Shown in pieces: positions 24,601 to 36,585 of a stretch of DNA of 64,000 nucleotides (its first letter is position 1; every line of letters begins with the position of its first letter). Source of the DNA: Podospora anserina (Eukaryota). Both the position numbers and the translations under genes were made by a program. The stretch spans positions 682,001-746,000 of the forward strand of contig CM030332.1 of assembly GCA_017654855.1 (NCBI GenBank), written 5' to 3'. The notes beneath the pieces were generated by a model that did no database searches, had not been told where the DNA came from, and was given only the letters and a program-made list of their open reading frames with translations.

Positions 24601-27108
24601 CGCGTACCGAATCAACAGAGGCCCATCAACCGGTTTCTGGGTCCCAGCCAAGGGCCAGACCATGAACATCATGTTCCACAGCTGCAACGGCTTCAGCATG
24701 AGCGTCAACCCCGACGAGTTCACGGGACCTGATCCGATGTGGCGCGATGTGCTTAATGCCCACCAAAGCCAGCCTTTCCATGTCATGATTGGCGGTGGTG
24801 ATCAGATCTACAACGACAGGTGCATGCAAGACACCACCCTCTTCCGCAACTGGTTGATGATTAAGAATCCCATCCAAAAGCACAATGCTCCTTTCTCGTC
24901 CGAACTGCAGCTGGAGCTGGAGCGCTACTACATGGAGCGCTATGCGATGTGGTTCTCCCAGGGATTGTTCAGCATGGCGAATTCGCAAATTCCCATGGTC
25001 AACATGTATGACGATCACGACATCATTGACGGCTTTGGCTCGTACCCCCATCACTTCATGAACTCCCCCGTATTTTCCGGGCTTGGCAATGTTGCTTTCA
25101 AGTATTACATGCTGTTCCAGCACCAGAGCATTCCCGCCGAAACCGAAAGGCACGAACCCAGCTGGACTCTGGGTGTGAAGCCTGGGCCCTATATCAACGA
25201 GCTCAGCCGCAGCTTGTTTATGTTCTTGGGCTCCAAGGTTGCCCTGCTAGCTGTCGATGCCCGGACCGAACGAACACGACAGGATGTCATCAACGAAGAC
25301 ACTTGGAAGAAGATTATGGACCGCTGCTACCAGGAGATTGACAAGGGCAAGGTTGAGCATCTTCTTGTCCTCCTTGGTGTGCCAATTGCCTACCCTCGAC
25401 TGGTCTGGCTCGAGAACATGTAAGTTTCGCGCTATTAGAGAATCCCGCGCCTTTCAGAGTACTGACATACCACAGCTTGACTTCCCGCGTCATGGATCCC
25501 ATCAAGGCACTCAGCAAGATGGGCATGTTCAAGGGCCTGCTCAACCGCTTTGACGGGGGAGTCGAGGTTCTCGACGATTTGGACGACCATTGGACAGCCA
25601 AGAGCCACAAGGCTGAGCGCAAATTCGTGATTGAGGACTTGCAAGACCTGGCAGCCGACAAGTCTATTCGCATCACGATCCTCAGCGGCGATGTTCACCT
25701 CGCCGCCATCGGGCAATTCTACTCGAACCCCAAGCTCGGCCTGGCTAAGCACAAGGACTTCAGGTATATGCCCAACGTGATCTCGTCAGCCATTGTCAAC
25801 ACTCCGCCACCCGACCTGCTGGCCGATGTTCTCAACAAGCGGAACAAGGTACATCACTTTGACAAGGAGACAGACGAGGACATGATCCCCATCTTCGGAC
25901 ACGGTGTAGACAGCAAGCCCCGCAATAACAAGCACTTGCTCCCGCATCGCAACTGGTGTGCCATTCGGCCGTATGTACCTGGTCATACACCGGAGCCCAC
26001 GCCAACTCAGTCCGCTTACGATCTGACACCTGACGGTTCGCCATCTCCTGCCGCCCCAAGACCTGGTCTTTTACGGAGACTATCCGGCAAGGCTCGGGCT
26101 TCTTCTTTCCGTGGTCCCGACAGCGTCGTCAAAGATCGCTCTCGCCCGCCCATCTCCAACAGCTTCTTACGAGGGCTGTCAAGCCGCGGGGGTGTTGCTA
26201 GCGCAGATGAGATAGGCAGACCAGGAACAGCCCGATCAAACAAGCTGACCCGCACAATGTCTGGCTCTTCTGTGTCGGGCCGTCTGGGCGGTCTCTTCCG
26301 CCGTCTCAGCAGCAGCTCGAAGAAGCCACGCGATGATGGTGGCATCAATGGAAACTGGGGTGCTGACACTGACGAGGATGCCATTTACGATGACGAAACC
26401 TTGCGTCAGCGGGTTGGTGCCCATCCTAGCGGTGGCGTCGGGTTACGAGGCGGTCTGGGTGATTATCCCTCTGGCTATTCAACCCAGTCCCACAACAGCG
26501 AGTATGCCCGTGGTGACGAGAGCTACTTTACCGTCAAACCTCCGCAGCCCGTACAATCGCATCAGCAACCGCCGCCGTACCAGCAGCACAACCCCAATCA
26601 TGGCCGAAGCAAGTCGGCTACTGTCGTTGGCAGCGCTGCTCAGTACCCCAGCTCTGCTACGTCTGGGTATGCCTCCGCCTCGCAGCAGCACCACAACGAG
26701 TTTGTGCCCAAGCCTTTTAGCCGCATCCCGACGGGCTTGTCGGCCAAGCAACTGAAGCATGCGAAGGAGTTGGAGGTGGATTTGGAGGGCGGGCTGGAAG
26801 TGACGCTTAATGTGGAGATTGCGCCAAAGGACCCGAGCGGGAGCACGGTGCCGTATCGGCTTGTGGTGCCGAGGTTGTGGTATGAGTATGAGGGGGAGGA
26901 GCCGGAGGATGAGGAGGAGGAGAGGAAGGTGGAACGGGGGGTTAGGAGAGGAGGGCAGTCTGATCATGGTCAACAGCAACAAGGAGGGGCGCTGGCTGAG
27001 GGTGGTCAGGGGCCGGTGTTTGAGAAGAAGCCTGGGGGGTTGAAGAGGTTGTTTAGTGGGCGGAGGAGGAAGTCTGTGTCTGAGGAGGAGATGGGGACGC
27101 CGGTTTAG
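21651..27108 (+). CDS. PhoD-like metallophosphatase domain protein with long disordered N- and C-terminal regions
   Basis: Exons 21651-23628, 23997-25419 and 25476-27108. Motifs CGPLLRY, MFHSCNGFS, HVMIGGGDQIYND, DDHDIIDGFGSY, DARTERT and ILSGDVHLAA. Confidence 0.88.
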
Positions 27109-28277
27109 GGGAGGATGAGATATGATGGGATGAGTGATGGGGTTATGTATAAAGAATATGAAGGATGGGATTTGATGAAAGGGGGGTTTAATGGGTTGAA
27201 TAAAATCGGGTTTCGTTGCTTGTTATACATGAAGATATGGACGGAGTTTAAAGCGTGTTTTAGTTTATTGATCTGAGTGCAATATACACCGAGATTGGTT
27301 CTGAACTTGGCACTGGTACATGTAGCAATGGAGTGGCTTTTCCTTTGCTGAGATTTGTTGTGTTCGACCATGCTAGCACATGTTAGAACTTTTGAGGAAG
27401 AGCACAGGCGTGTCATCTCGTCGTATTTACACTGGTCGTGCTTGGGAGTTTCCAGTCAGGCTGGACCGGAAGAATGCTGTCCCTGTATAACATCACCTCG
27501 GCAGATACGGAGCATGGGAGTCTTTAAAGGCCTCAAAGCCTGGTCCAAGGTACGTTGAAGGCTCAGCTTCGTTTCAGGTGTGACTCTGGGTGAAGTCCAC
27601 AGCCTTGTGTCCGTTCCTTGTCTTGCCTGTACCTGTTTCGGTTTTCCAAACAGTTGATCACCGAAAAGACCAAGGCCAGGAGGGGACGAGGCTCGTAAAG
27701 CGGAGACCTATCATAGTCACCATGCCGTGACAGGTGGGCTTTGGCTGTTCAGAACACAGAGGTAAAGGCTGTGAGGTAGTCCGGGCACCTACCACGACTC
27801 GATCATATCATGATCACGCCCATGTCCTTCTCGCCTCACAGACTCCTACTAGTGGATCTACACATTCCACAGAGACCTCTATAATTCCATCTAGACCTAA
27901 TCTCAACATGACAAGACTGAAAACCACCCCCAACTACCGCAACCCCACGGTCACACTCTCAGGTAAATCACATCCCCCCTCGCCCCCCGAAAATACAACC
28001 ATCACTCAGCCCTGTGCATCCAACACCCCGCATTACAATCTATCCCACCACCGCAACCCCAACGTCAAGGACCAACGACATGTAGTAGGGCTGGCTAACC
28101 TTTACAACGTTACCTACCTATCCTAATCCGCCCAACGCCTAACTTGAAACCAAAACATCTTTCTCACCTCCCCACCTTACCTCTCTTCAGCCCTATATGC
28201 TGACAACCCATCGCACAACAGTGCCGTGAGTTCACATCTTCATAACCCCGCCGTGACCTCACCTCTGCAGATCCAAC

Positions 28278-28546
28278 GGTGGTGGTGGTGGTGGTGGTGG
28301 TGGTGACGGGGTGCAAGGTAGGTAGCTCAAGTGTCAGAAATAAACTCCCATAAATCTTTCACCGGCTTTTATTTCCCCGAAATCTTTGACCCATTGTTAG
28401 CTCCCGCCCGTTACGCCCGATGTGTATGCGTGTGTGTGTGTGTCTTCTTTTTCTCACCTTATCTCTGATTGACAAGACTCAGCCCTGAACGGCACATCAT
28501 GCACCACCGCACCCACTTGTATGCATAAGGTAGGTAGACAGTAAAA

Positions 28547-28587
<41 letters not shown>

Positions 28588-28821
28588 ACACAGCCCCCAA
28601 TAAAAGACGACGCGACGCAACGCAACGCAACGCCATTTGTTGGTACCGTGAAGAGAAATAGACATGGAAAATAGACAAGTGCAACCACAAGTGGATTGCC
28701 CTTTTTGATACCCTATCCGATCTAACTGCCATCTCACCGATCCAGACAGTTGACAGCCTTTGTCAAAAGCAGGTTTAGAGTAAAAGTACAAACGTGAGGT
28801 GCTACACACACACACACACAC
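28278..28821. repeat. Microsatellite cluster: (GGT)n ~28278-28305, (GT)n ~28430-28443, (AG)17 28549-28582, (CA)n ~28805-28821
   Basis: Directly visible simple repeats in the intergenic region between two convergent genes. Confidence 0.9.
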
Positions 28822-29508
28822 CAGGGGGATGATGATGGGATACGGAAAGACGGAAGAGATGGGATAACAGCTGCCACAGTCAGTCCCAGTGATTACGTGC
28901 GCTCGGGGAATCTCGCATCTAGTATTCCCGACAAAGAGGTAGGTAGGGCGGCAAAGGTTCTGTCAGATTTCCGCGCACTCGGTATGCCCACTGGCTGCGG
29001 TCATGCTTATTCGCATCTCTTTTTGGGTGGGTGCGTTGTGATCAACCAACCACCTTCACAGCCCCTACCTACCGTAAGGCTCGGTCACCAAGATGGATAG
29101 CACACCTCACTGTGACTAACGTTGTTATAAAAGGTTTTGTAAAAGGTAGATTTGTTGTAAATAGTGGTGATAAAGATATGTCGAATGTCAAGTATATACA
29201 TAAAATTGATTTTGTCGAAAAAAAGAAATGATAAATAAAATCCCATGCAATACTCCATGATAATGCTGGTTTGACGAGAGAAAAATAACCCCTTCCCCTC
29301 CCAGGTGGAAAAAAAAATCAAAAAAAATCGAGAGAATGTAATGGTATCTCACCCCAAATCCTGGATAAACCCCATGCCTTGCCTTTGCCTACCTATCCAA
29401 TATTCCAAAATATGAATGAAACGCCATCCAAAGAGTTGCCTCCTGCCCCATCCCACCAAGTAAAACTCCCTGTAAATGATAATATCCAAACAAACCACAC
29501 AAAAGAAA

Positions 29509-32022
29509 TCAAAGAGAGACATGCTCGGTATGCCAAACCAAAAAGTCCCTCGCATCATGGCTCATGTTGTACCCCATCGGCACCGGCACCTCGTTCCCAT
29601 GCACATCGTGCGTCAGCACCAACTCCATCATCGGGCTCTGCGGCAGGCTCTGCATGCTGTCCGTGCTGTTCGGCCTCTTTGCCGAATCAATCGCCAGCCC
29701 ATTCACATTTTTGTCTTTATCCGAAAACGACTGGCCCATGCTAAACGTCCCACTGCTCACACTCCTCCGGTGCTTCTTGTGAAACTCTGGCGGGGCCAAC
29801 ACTCTACTGGCGATGGAGCTATTCCTCGCAGCGCTGGACCCAGTCTTGGAGGGTGAGTCGCCCATGGGGGGGTCGATCCTCACTATCCCGGGACTGCGCT
29901 GTCCGCTGATGATGACGGTTCGGGGGCTGCTGTTGGGAGTTGACGAGGTGTTTGATGACGGGGAAAGACCGGGTGTTCGAGGCTCGACGGAATGAGCATC
30001 AAGTGCGCGGCCCTCGCTGGGTCGGCGGTTGCTGCTCTCTTTTGATGCGCTTGGTCGTCGCTCCGTAGATGTGACGAGTCCACCCGCGGAAACAAACCCA
30101 AACCCGGTGAACCAGTTGTAGATCTCATCCAGCTCGTCCAGCTCCATGTCCGAGGGCTTGGAGTAGTCGGTTGGCTCGCTGAAGAAGTCGCCCGCGCCCC
30201 CCAGGATTGCCATCTGAAAGGCTGTCCAGTCCAGAGTGTCGTCCACAGCGGCTGCCAGCTTGCCGATCGGGAGGTCGGCCTTGGCCAGCCGGACCGGACC
30301 GTGCCTAAAGGTTGGGTGGGTCATGGTGTAAGGGGTGCTGTCGAGATAAACGTAGTCGTCGGTGTTGGCCCTGGTCGTCACTCCGGGCGGCAGCGGCGTC
30401 GAGGTTGGTGACAGGATGATGTTAGCGTCATCAGGTCCTGTTGCAATAATCTCGGGGATCGTCGGGAGCGGCGGCAGAGTCTTGCTCGGAAGTCGGCGAT
30501 GCATCGAGGGTTTCTCCTGCGTTGGCACAGGCGTCATTGGCGTCACCGGCTCGTCGCCAATAATCATGATCGGCAGGTCTCCCTCCTCCTCGTCATCTTC
30601 CAGTCCTGCAGTGGGCGAATCGTGCCTTTGCTCGCCATCCTCCTCCACAGGTTTCTGTTCCGGTTCCTTGTGTTCCGGTTCGATTTCCCTGGCCTGCTCC
30701 AGTGTCTGGGCCGCTCTGGATGTTTGACAGTCTTCCCGCTTGATTTCTGACCCCTTGTTGGCAGCAGATGCACGTGGTGCGACCGAATCCTCGGCCGCCG
30801 CTGCTGACTCGTCGAGGCTCAGGGGTTCGATGGGAGCCGGGGTAGTGGCTGTGCTCTTCTTGTCGACGTGTGTAACACCCAATTCAGGAGATCTCGTCCA
30901 CTGCGCGGCGCGGCTCATTCTGATTTCTCGCAACGTGCTCTCGGGAAGCATCTCGTCGGCCTCGAGGCGGTGGAAAATGCGAATTGTGAACAGGTCTTTG
31001 GCGCTTTCTGTCAGTTGCCACATGGAAGACTGCCGTCTCGCTGGCTGTACCGGCCTTCTTCGGGCCTTCTTGGATTTTGCTCGCTTTGGCCGCGAGGTAG
31101 ATGGCAGCCGAGCTGGTGTCGGCGATGGAGGAGTTTTGGCTGTTGCCTTGATGGGCGACTTGACCGATCTGACCGACTTTGTCGACCTCAGTGAATTCGA
31201 TCCTTGACTCCGCCTCTGTGATTTCCTGCGAGCCATTGCTGGCGACATGGGAGTTGATTGCCTCGGTTTGGCGAATTTTGCCAATTGAGCGTCCGTAAGC
31301 TTTGCATCGCTGAACGATTGCTGCGGCTTGAATGCCTGCTCTGTCTCATGGAGGAGCTGCATGACGTCCTTGGAAAACAGCTTCGGTGTGTCCATTTGTG
31401 ATGACGGTGTTCCTGATGGCCCGGCGTCGAGGACTGACCTGGGGGCCGTCTCGTTGCTGGCCTTCGCCGCAACATCGGCCGGTATTGAAGGCGATTCGGG
31501 AAACATTTCGGCTTGTTGAGGTGGTGATGAGGGCGGTGTCAACTGGGGATAGTCCCGAAACGAGTGCGAACATGTTGGGCTTCTTCCGCGTCGTCGTGGC
31601 GAATCGTCCAATTGCTGGGGTGAAAGCAGCGGGCTTCTCTGGGGGCTTCTTTGAGGACTTCTTTGAGGGCTGCCATGAGGACTCGCCAGGGGACTCCGCG
31701 TCGGCCGGCGAGGAGGCGAGCAACGTGAGCCCACATGTTCCGTGCCATTGTCGTAATTGCACAAAGAACTTGTTGACGACTGTGGCGTGTCTGGTAATGG
31801 TGGAATTCCAATGATGTTGTGAAGGTCCTCACTCCGTCTGATATCGATGCTCGGTTTCGACCTCTTCATCAAGCCCTTTGGTGGCATCCATGTCTTGATC
31901 CTGCTGAGGGTGTCCATCTCCTCGTCGTCGTGGTTGAAATAGGAGCCTTCAATGTCCTCGCCGTCTTCGGCCTTCTTCTGGGTTATCAGTTTCCTGATCT
32001 TGAAAGGGGACCGGGGCAACAT
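29509..32022 (-). CDS. Hypothetical protein, S/P/R-rich, with short ordered C-terminal motifs; a further 5' exon is possible
   Basis: 837-codon ORF with coding-like codon use and SPQR repeats. Motifs YLDSTPYTMTHPTFRHGPVRL, LDWTAFQMAILGGAGD and PMGYNMSHDARDFL. A GTGAGC donor-like site near 32164 hints at an upstream exon. Confidence 0.8.
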   Translation of the reverse strand: MLPRSPFKIRKLITQKKAEDGEDIEGSYFNHDDEEMDTLSRIKTWMPPKGLMKRSKPSIDIRRSEDLHNIIGIPPLPDTPQSSTSSLCNYDNGTEHVGSRCSPPRRPTRSPLASPHGSPQRSPQRSPQRSPLLSPQQLDDSPRRRGRSPTCSHSFRDYPQLTPPSSPPQQAEMFPESPSIPADVAAKASNETAPRSVLDAGPSGTPSSQMDTPKLFSKDVMQLLHETEQAFKPQQSFSDAKLTDAQLAKFAKPRQSTPMSPAMARRKSQRRSQGSNSLRSTKSVRSVKSPIKATAKTPPSPTPARLPSTSRPKRAKSKKARRRPVQPARRQSSMWQLTESAKDLFTIRIFHRLEADEMLPESTLREIRMSRAAQWTRSPELGVTHVDKKSTATTPAPIEPLSLDESAAAAEDSVAPRASAANKGSEIKREDCQTSRAAQTLEQAREIEPEHKEPEQKPVEEDGEQRHDSPTAGLEDDEEEGDLPIMIIGDEPVTPMTPVPTQEKPSMHRRLPSKTLPPLPTIPEIIATGPDDANIILSPTSTPLPPGVTTRANTDDYVYLDSTPYTMTHPTFRHGPVRLAKADLPIGKLAAAVDDTLDWTAFQMAILGGAGDFFSEPTDYSKPSDMELDELDEIYNWFTGFGFVSAGGLVTSTERRPSASKESSNRRPSEGRALDAHSVEPRTPGLSPSSNTSSTPNSSPRTVIISGQRSPGIVRIDPPMGDSPSKTGSSAARNSSIASRVLAPPEFHKKHRRSVSSGTFSMGQSFSDKDKNVNGLAIDSAKRPNSTDSMQSLPQSPMMELVLTHDVHGNEVPVPMGYNMSHDARDFLVWHTEHVSL

Positions 32023-35000
32023 GTTGATCTGGCAGTCCGGGCCACTGCAGCGTAGCGACTAAAACGGGGGAAAGGGGAGGGAGGAGACGATGCCCGTTGC
32101 GTGGTACATGACATGCATATATGAAAGGAGTAAGTGGTGGAGGGAAACGGAATTTCTGGCTCACCACATCTCACTCTGGTCTTGACAGGTAGGTCCAACA
32201 GTGCAGCGACCTAGGCCAGAGGAATGAGAGGGAGAAAACAGGCCAGAATCGGGGCGAGAAGGCCGAGGGGGCGGGCTCATGAAGAGGGTATGGACAGTGT
32301 AATAGACCGAAGCGGCGCATGCTGCCACCACTCTCCACCTGCCCCCCCTCGCTCGACCAGTCGAGTCCACGACGAACACACCCGGCGGCGGGTACGCCTC
32401 GCCTGGACGACCGGGACAATGTGAAAGTACGTACAGTCCTGGGAGTCCTGTGGGTGGTACTCAAACTCTTGCGCCTAGTGTGGCGTTGACCACCACCAAC
32501 CTGCAAAGACGTGAACAGAGTGCAGGCCGGACTGGGGTATCCCCCGGCTCGCCAAGAGGGCTGGTTGGACCTGGGGAGTATGAACATCACCAACCCCGGC
32601 CCTGTCCGGTATCGACTTGCGAGTTCTTATTTTACACTGCCGCAATTGGCCAACTGTGTCGTACACGGTGACGTAGAGAAGAGAGTGGGTTACAAGATGG
32701 CATCCTCGGGAGATCAGCAGGCTCCCATTTTCAACATGAAAGGTAGCATCGATCTTGGAGCTTTTCCAGTTCCCTATGCTCAGCTCCGACTCCGAGCATA
32801 CCACTAGTGGGAGCAACCCGATCGTACCACAGACGGAAAGCTGCAGCAGGATGGACCTTTGCTGCGAGGTAGGTGATAGTACTGGATCGGAGTTGGCCAT
32901 AGCAATGAAGTAGGCACCCGCTCAATATTGAAAGGGCCCAGCGATTCGAGACAATGAGTTTCAAGTCTCAACTCTTTCTTTGCTCCGATGGACGATGATC
33001 GTTGTGGCCAGTAGAAAATACAAGGCGGCAGTATGCGGAACAGAACCTAGGAACCAACTCGGCATGCACGGCGGGACGAGATCGTAGGCTGCTCCTGCAG
33101 GCCTACCTGGAAGTTGGCCCAAAAAGATCCAGCTCTGATACTGAAACGCTGACGATGGCCATGAGACGACCGATATCTTTCCACCTTCAGTCTGCGTTGA
33201 AGTAAAGACCGAGCATAGTCACTTTCTGGCACTGTTGGCCTCCTCAACAACAGAGAGAGGAGAAGTAATTGGGGGCGCCTAAAGTGAGCTCGATTGCATG
33301 TGTAAGCGGAGAAAGGGCGCAGCAAAGATAGAAACCGCAATTGGAATTCCGCTTCTCTGTGTATCATCGCCCAGCTCGAGGCACCAACGGTAAGGTAACT
33401 TGCTTAAACGTCCTATCAAATGAAAGTCAGTTGCTGTTTGTCAATGGAGAGGATTGTGACAACTGTGGAAGCTGTCCCGTCTTCATCATGGATGAAGTTG
33501 AAGGAATCTCGCCGGTCCCTCGATGGCCGGCGGGAAAGGTGTTGTGAGCTGCACGCAATCCAAACCCCGCGTGGTCGAGGCAGTGTGAGATCTGATAACA
33601 GGGCAGGCGCACACTGTGACCTCAATGGGTGAATCCTCCACCATCACCTCGGTCCAAATTGCCGTGGTAACACCGAACTTCAGCGACTGAGCCTCGACCA
33701 GCCTCCCTATTTCCGCACTGTGCTCACCCCACTTTCGACAGACAGAGCAGGTGGATGAGGTGGGAGGAGCTGAAGATGTTGCTGAGTGAGACGCTGATAA
33801 CCTCCTGAGAAGAAGAAGAAGAATGAAATTTCCATTTGATTGTGTGAGAGCAAACTGCATTATATGACTGCAAACTCCATTTAGTGTAGAAATTGAATAT
33901 TGATGCTTGGTGGTGACAAACATTCCAAAAGGGAAAGCAAATATCACAGCGAACCCTCCCCCTCCCCCGCCCCCGCGCACTACAGTCTGGGTACTCAGGC
34001 AAGGCCTGGGGAGAGCACTGCGAGCCCTGGTCTCGCGAGAGCCACTGCAAACTCTACCGGGCGAAGGATTTCATGTCCTCTCCGCTGCAGTGACAATGTC
34101 TGCGAACGGCGAGGCAACATTTTTTCAAAGAGCAGAACCTGAAGCCAACCATGACCTTCACGTGGTGAGGTGCCCTGCCAAGGCGGCACAATTCCACAGG
34201 CCACCAATTTAGCGCCCTCGTACAAAAGTGTTAGTGCTCACATGCAATCGACAGTGACAAGTCCAACATCATCTCCGAGCATCGCCAGAAGCAGCCCCCA
34301 TGGCGATTATCTCCAGAGCGCACACTGATCATTTTGCCGATATCTTTACGTTGAGATCCTTCTGTCGAGGATGACCCGACCGAGGCTGACCCGTTCATCT
34401 GCGAGGTTCCAATATTCCTCCTCCACGGACGAACACCACATAGCTAAATCTGATGCATCAGCATCAGACTAAAGGTCACCGCCAAAAGCACGGCATTGAA
34501 ACGGAAATGGCTTTCTCTCTGTATCTCGGAGTCCATCTACTCCTCCAGGCAACGAGTAAAAGAACCCGTCTTCGCAGGACAGAACCCTCCCGCATCGCCT
34601 GCTGATCGCAGTTCGTCGCCAGGATTGGATAGCCTGCACACCACCGTCGATGCAACTGCCGCGAAGGTGCATGATATACAGCCGCGGCGGGCCAACCAGA
34701 GTGTCTATTTTCGAGGGACTCTCCGGATGGCTGAGCCACGCCCCAACACCCGTCTGATCCACCCACTGCTCCCGATCAGGTACAGTAACCTGTCACCAGT
34801 TTACTCAGAGTGCCCCGCCTGGCCTACCCAGAGAAGCCCGACACTTGCGCAGGTCCTGCCTGTCAACAATGCACAAGTTCAAGCTTGTTCTCGTGGCAGG
34901 ATCGCAAAAAGCCTTAACGGCCCGAGTCTAGCTGAGTGTGGAGCGGCATAAAGAGGTCGCCTCTCCTCTTTGCCCTACCTGTGCAAATCCATCCCGCGCT

Positions 35001-36256
35001 CAACTATTACTCGAGCTCAGAAGAGAGGAGAAATCATTGTCTGCTATACTGGCAGAACACCTCTCTAGACTATCACAGCGTTGGCACCGCTTCTCGTGAG
35101 CTGTGTCGATATTGGTTCTCTCGTGTCACTTGGCCATCTGGGAATCAAGTCTCACGGCTTCATGGCAGTGATTGGACAAAGCCCCCGATATGTCCGGGGT
35201 AGTGGCAGTTGATCAGGATCTGAGACTTCAATAAAGGAGCAAGTCTCCGTCAATGAGGATCAAAAGAGAGCTCGGACTGAGGCTCTTGCAGCAGGAACCG
35301 TCTCTGGCCCTAAGTTCTGACGAGATCCTCTCCACGGCGCACCACGGGCGATGCTGTTTCAGCAAAAGTATCGGGAAACTTCGCCACGGATTACTCAAAA
35401 CCCTTATTTTGTCTGGACCAGTCCACATTGGCATAGGCATGAGCAGTGCGTAAAAGGTTGGTTGTTTATTGACCGAGCTGAATCTACCCATCCACGGCGT
35501 ATGGTTCCTGACTCCACGGCTTCCTATCAAAAATCGTTCCATCACTCTGGGAACAACCCAAGACCATTATTGGTCTTCACATGCAACTATGTTTCAAACC
35601 ATAGATCAGGGCCAAGATGCATGGCCCGGGAGATGTTCCTTCCAGGGGCATGCTCGACCTCCTGCGGCCCATGAAGCTCCACCATAGGTTGTCCAGAGCC
35701 TCAGATGGCCAGCCAGTCTCCTCCGGCATTTACATGCGAACAGCAAGTCACATTCGGCGGAATACCATCGTCGATACCCGCAGCCACGCCCGAGATGGCT
35801 CTAAGTATAGACGATGAGGGGAGGGGACTGAATAAACGGCGTCGAGGGTCTCTCGCAGGGGCCGGAACCCGCATCTCGACCTCGAAGTCGCGCCTCGGTC
35901 CCAATCCCCCGGATACGCCGCCTTCAAACCACACAACCGTGAAACCAACATCCCGCCCCGCTTTCTTTCTCCCTCCCACCCCGAACTCGTCAGCTCTTTG
36001 ACCAGCTGCGTACTCCACAACTCGACCCACGATTCAACAGTGCTGTGCCGTTCCCGACTGCCCGTTATAGTTGCTGCAACGGCCGCCGATGATGGCCTCC
36101 TTTTCTGAAAGTCGTCGTGGCCCGTGTCACGTTCGAAACGTTCTGGCGATGAGGTCCCGACCAGGAAAAGTTTCATCCTCCCTTCTTTGTCGTTCTCTAT
36201 TCTCCCGAGTTGAGCCGCACTTGTCTTTCCTGATGGGGTGGTGGCGGGGAGTTTTT

Positions 36257-36290
36257 TGTTGTTGTTGTTGTTGTTGTCGTTGTTGTTGTC

Positions 36291-36321
<31 letters not shown>
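36257..36321. repeat. (TGT/CGT)n trinucleotide microsatellite
   Basis: Directly visible; explains the poly-C and poly-N shadow ORFs here. Confidence 0.9.
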
Positions 36322-36342
36322 AACGAGAGATGACGAGTGTCA

Positions 36343-36585
36343 TCACCAAATCTCATTTGCTCTCTGGATGTCTCTTGTTGTGGTTGTCTTGAGGAAAGAA
36401 GAAGCCGCATGCGTCGGGGTGTGGACGTATTTCTTCTCAGGGGATGGTTCGGGGGTCGCCTTCTTGCTGTCATGCGACCACCACCGACCAACAGACTTGA
36501 TGAAGCCAAGTGGTGAGCAGCTTGATCTCCTCGACCCTCTTTCCTCGTTGTCGAGGGGGATAACGTGGTAATTCTCGCGAGTCAT
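36343..36585 (-). CDS. Candidate small protein (80 aa), function unknown
   Basis: ATG in a strong CAAAATG context, TATAAA about 80 nt upstream on the minus strand (~36661-36666), and a double stop TGATGA. The sequence is protein-like and includes YVHTPTHAASSFLKT. Confidence 0.55.
   Translation of the reverse strand: MTRENYHVIPLDNEERGSRRSSCSPLGFIKSVGRWWSHDSKKATPEPSPEKKYVHTPTHAASSFLKTTTTRDIQRANEIW

Noticed and set aside
35748..36509. 253-aa minus-strand ORF with poly-N
   Set aside because: Kept open largely by a trinucleotide microsatellite, and overlaps the better-supported 80-aa ORF in another frame.
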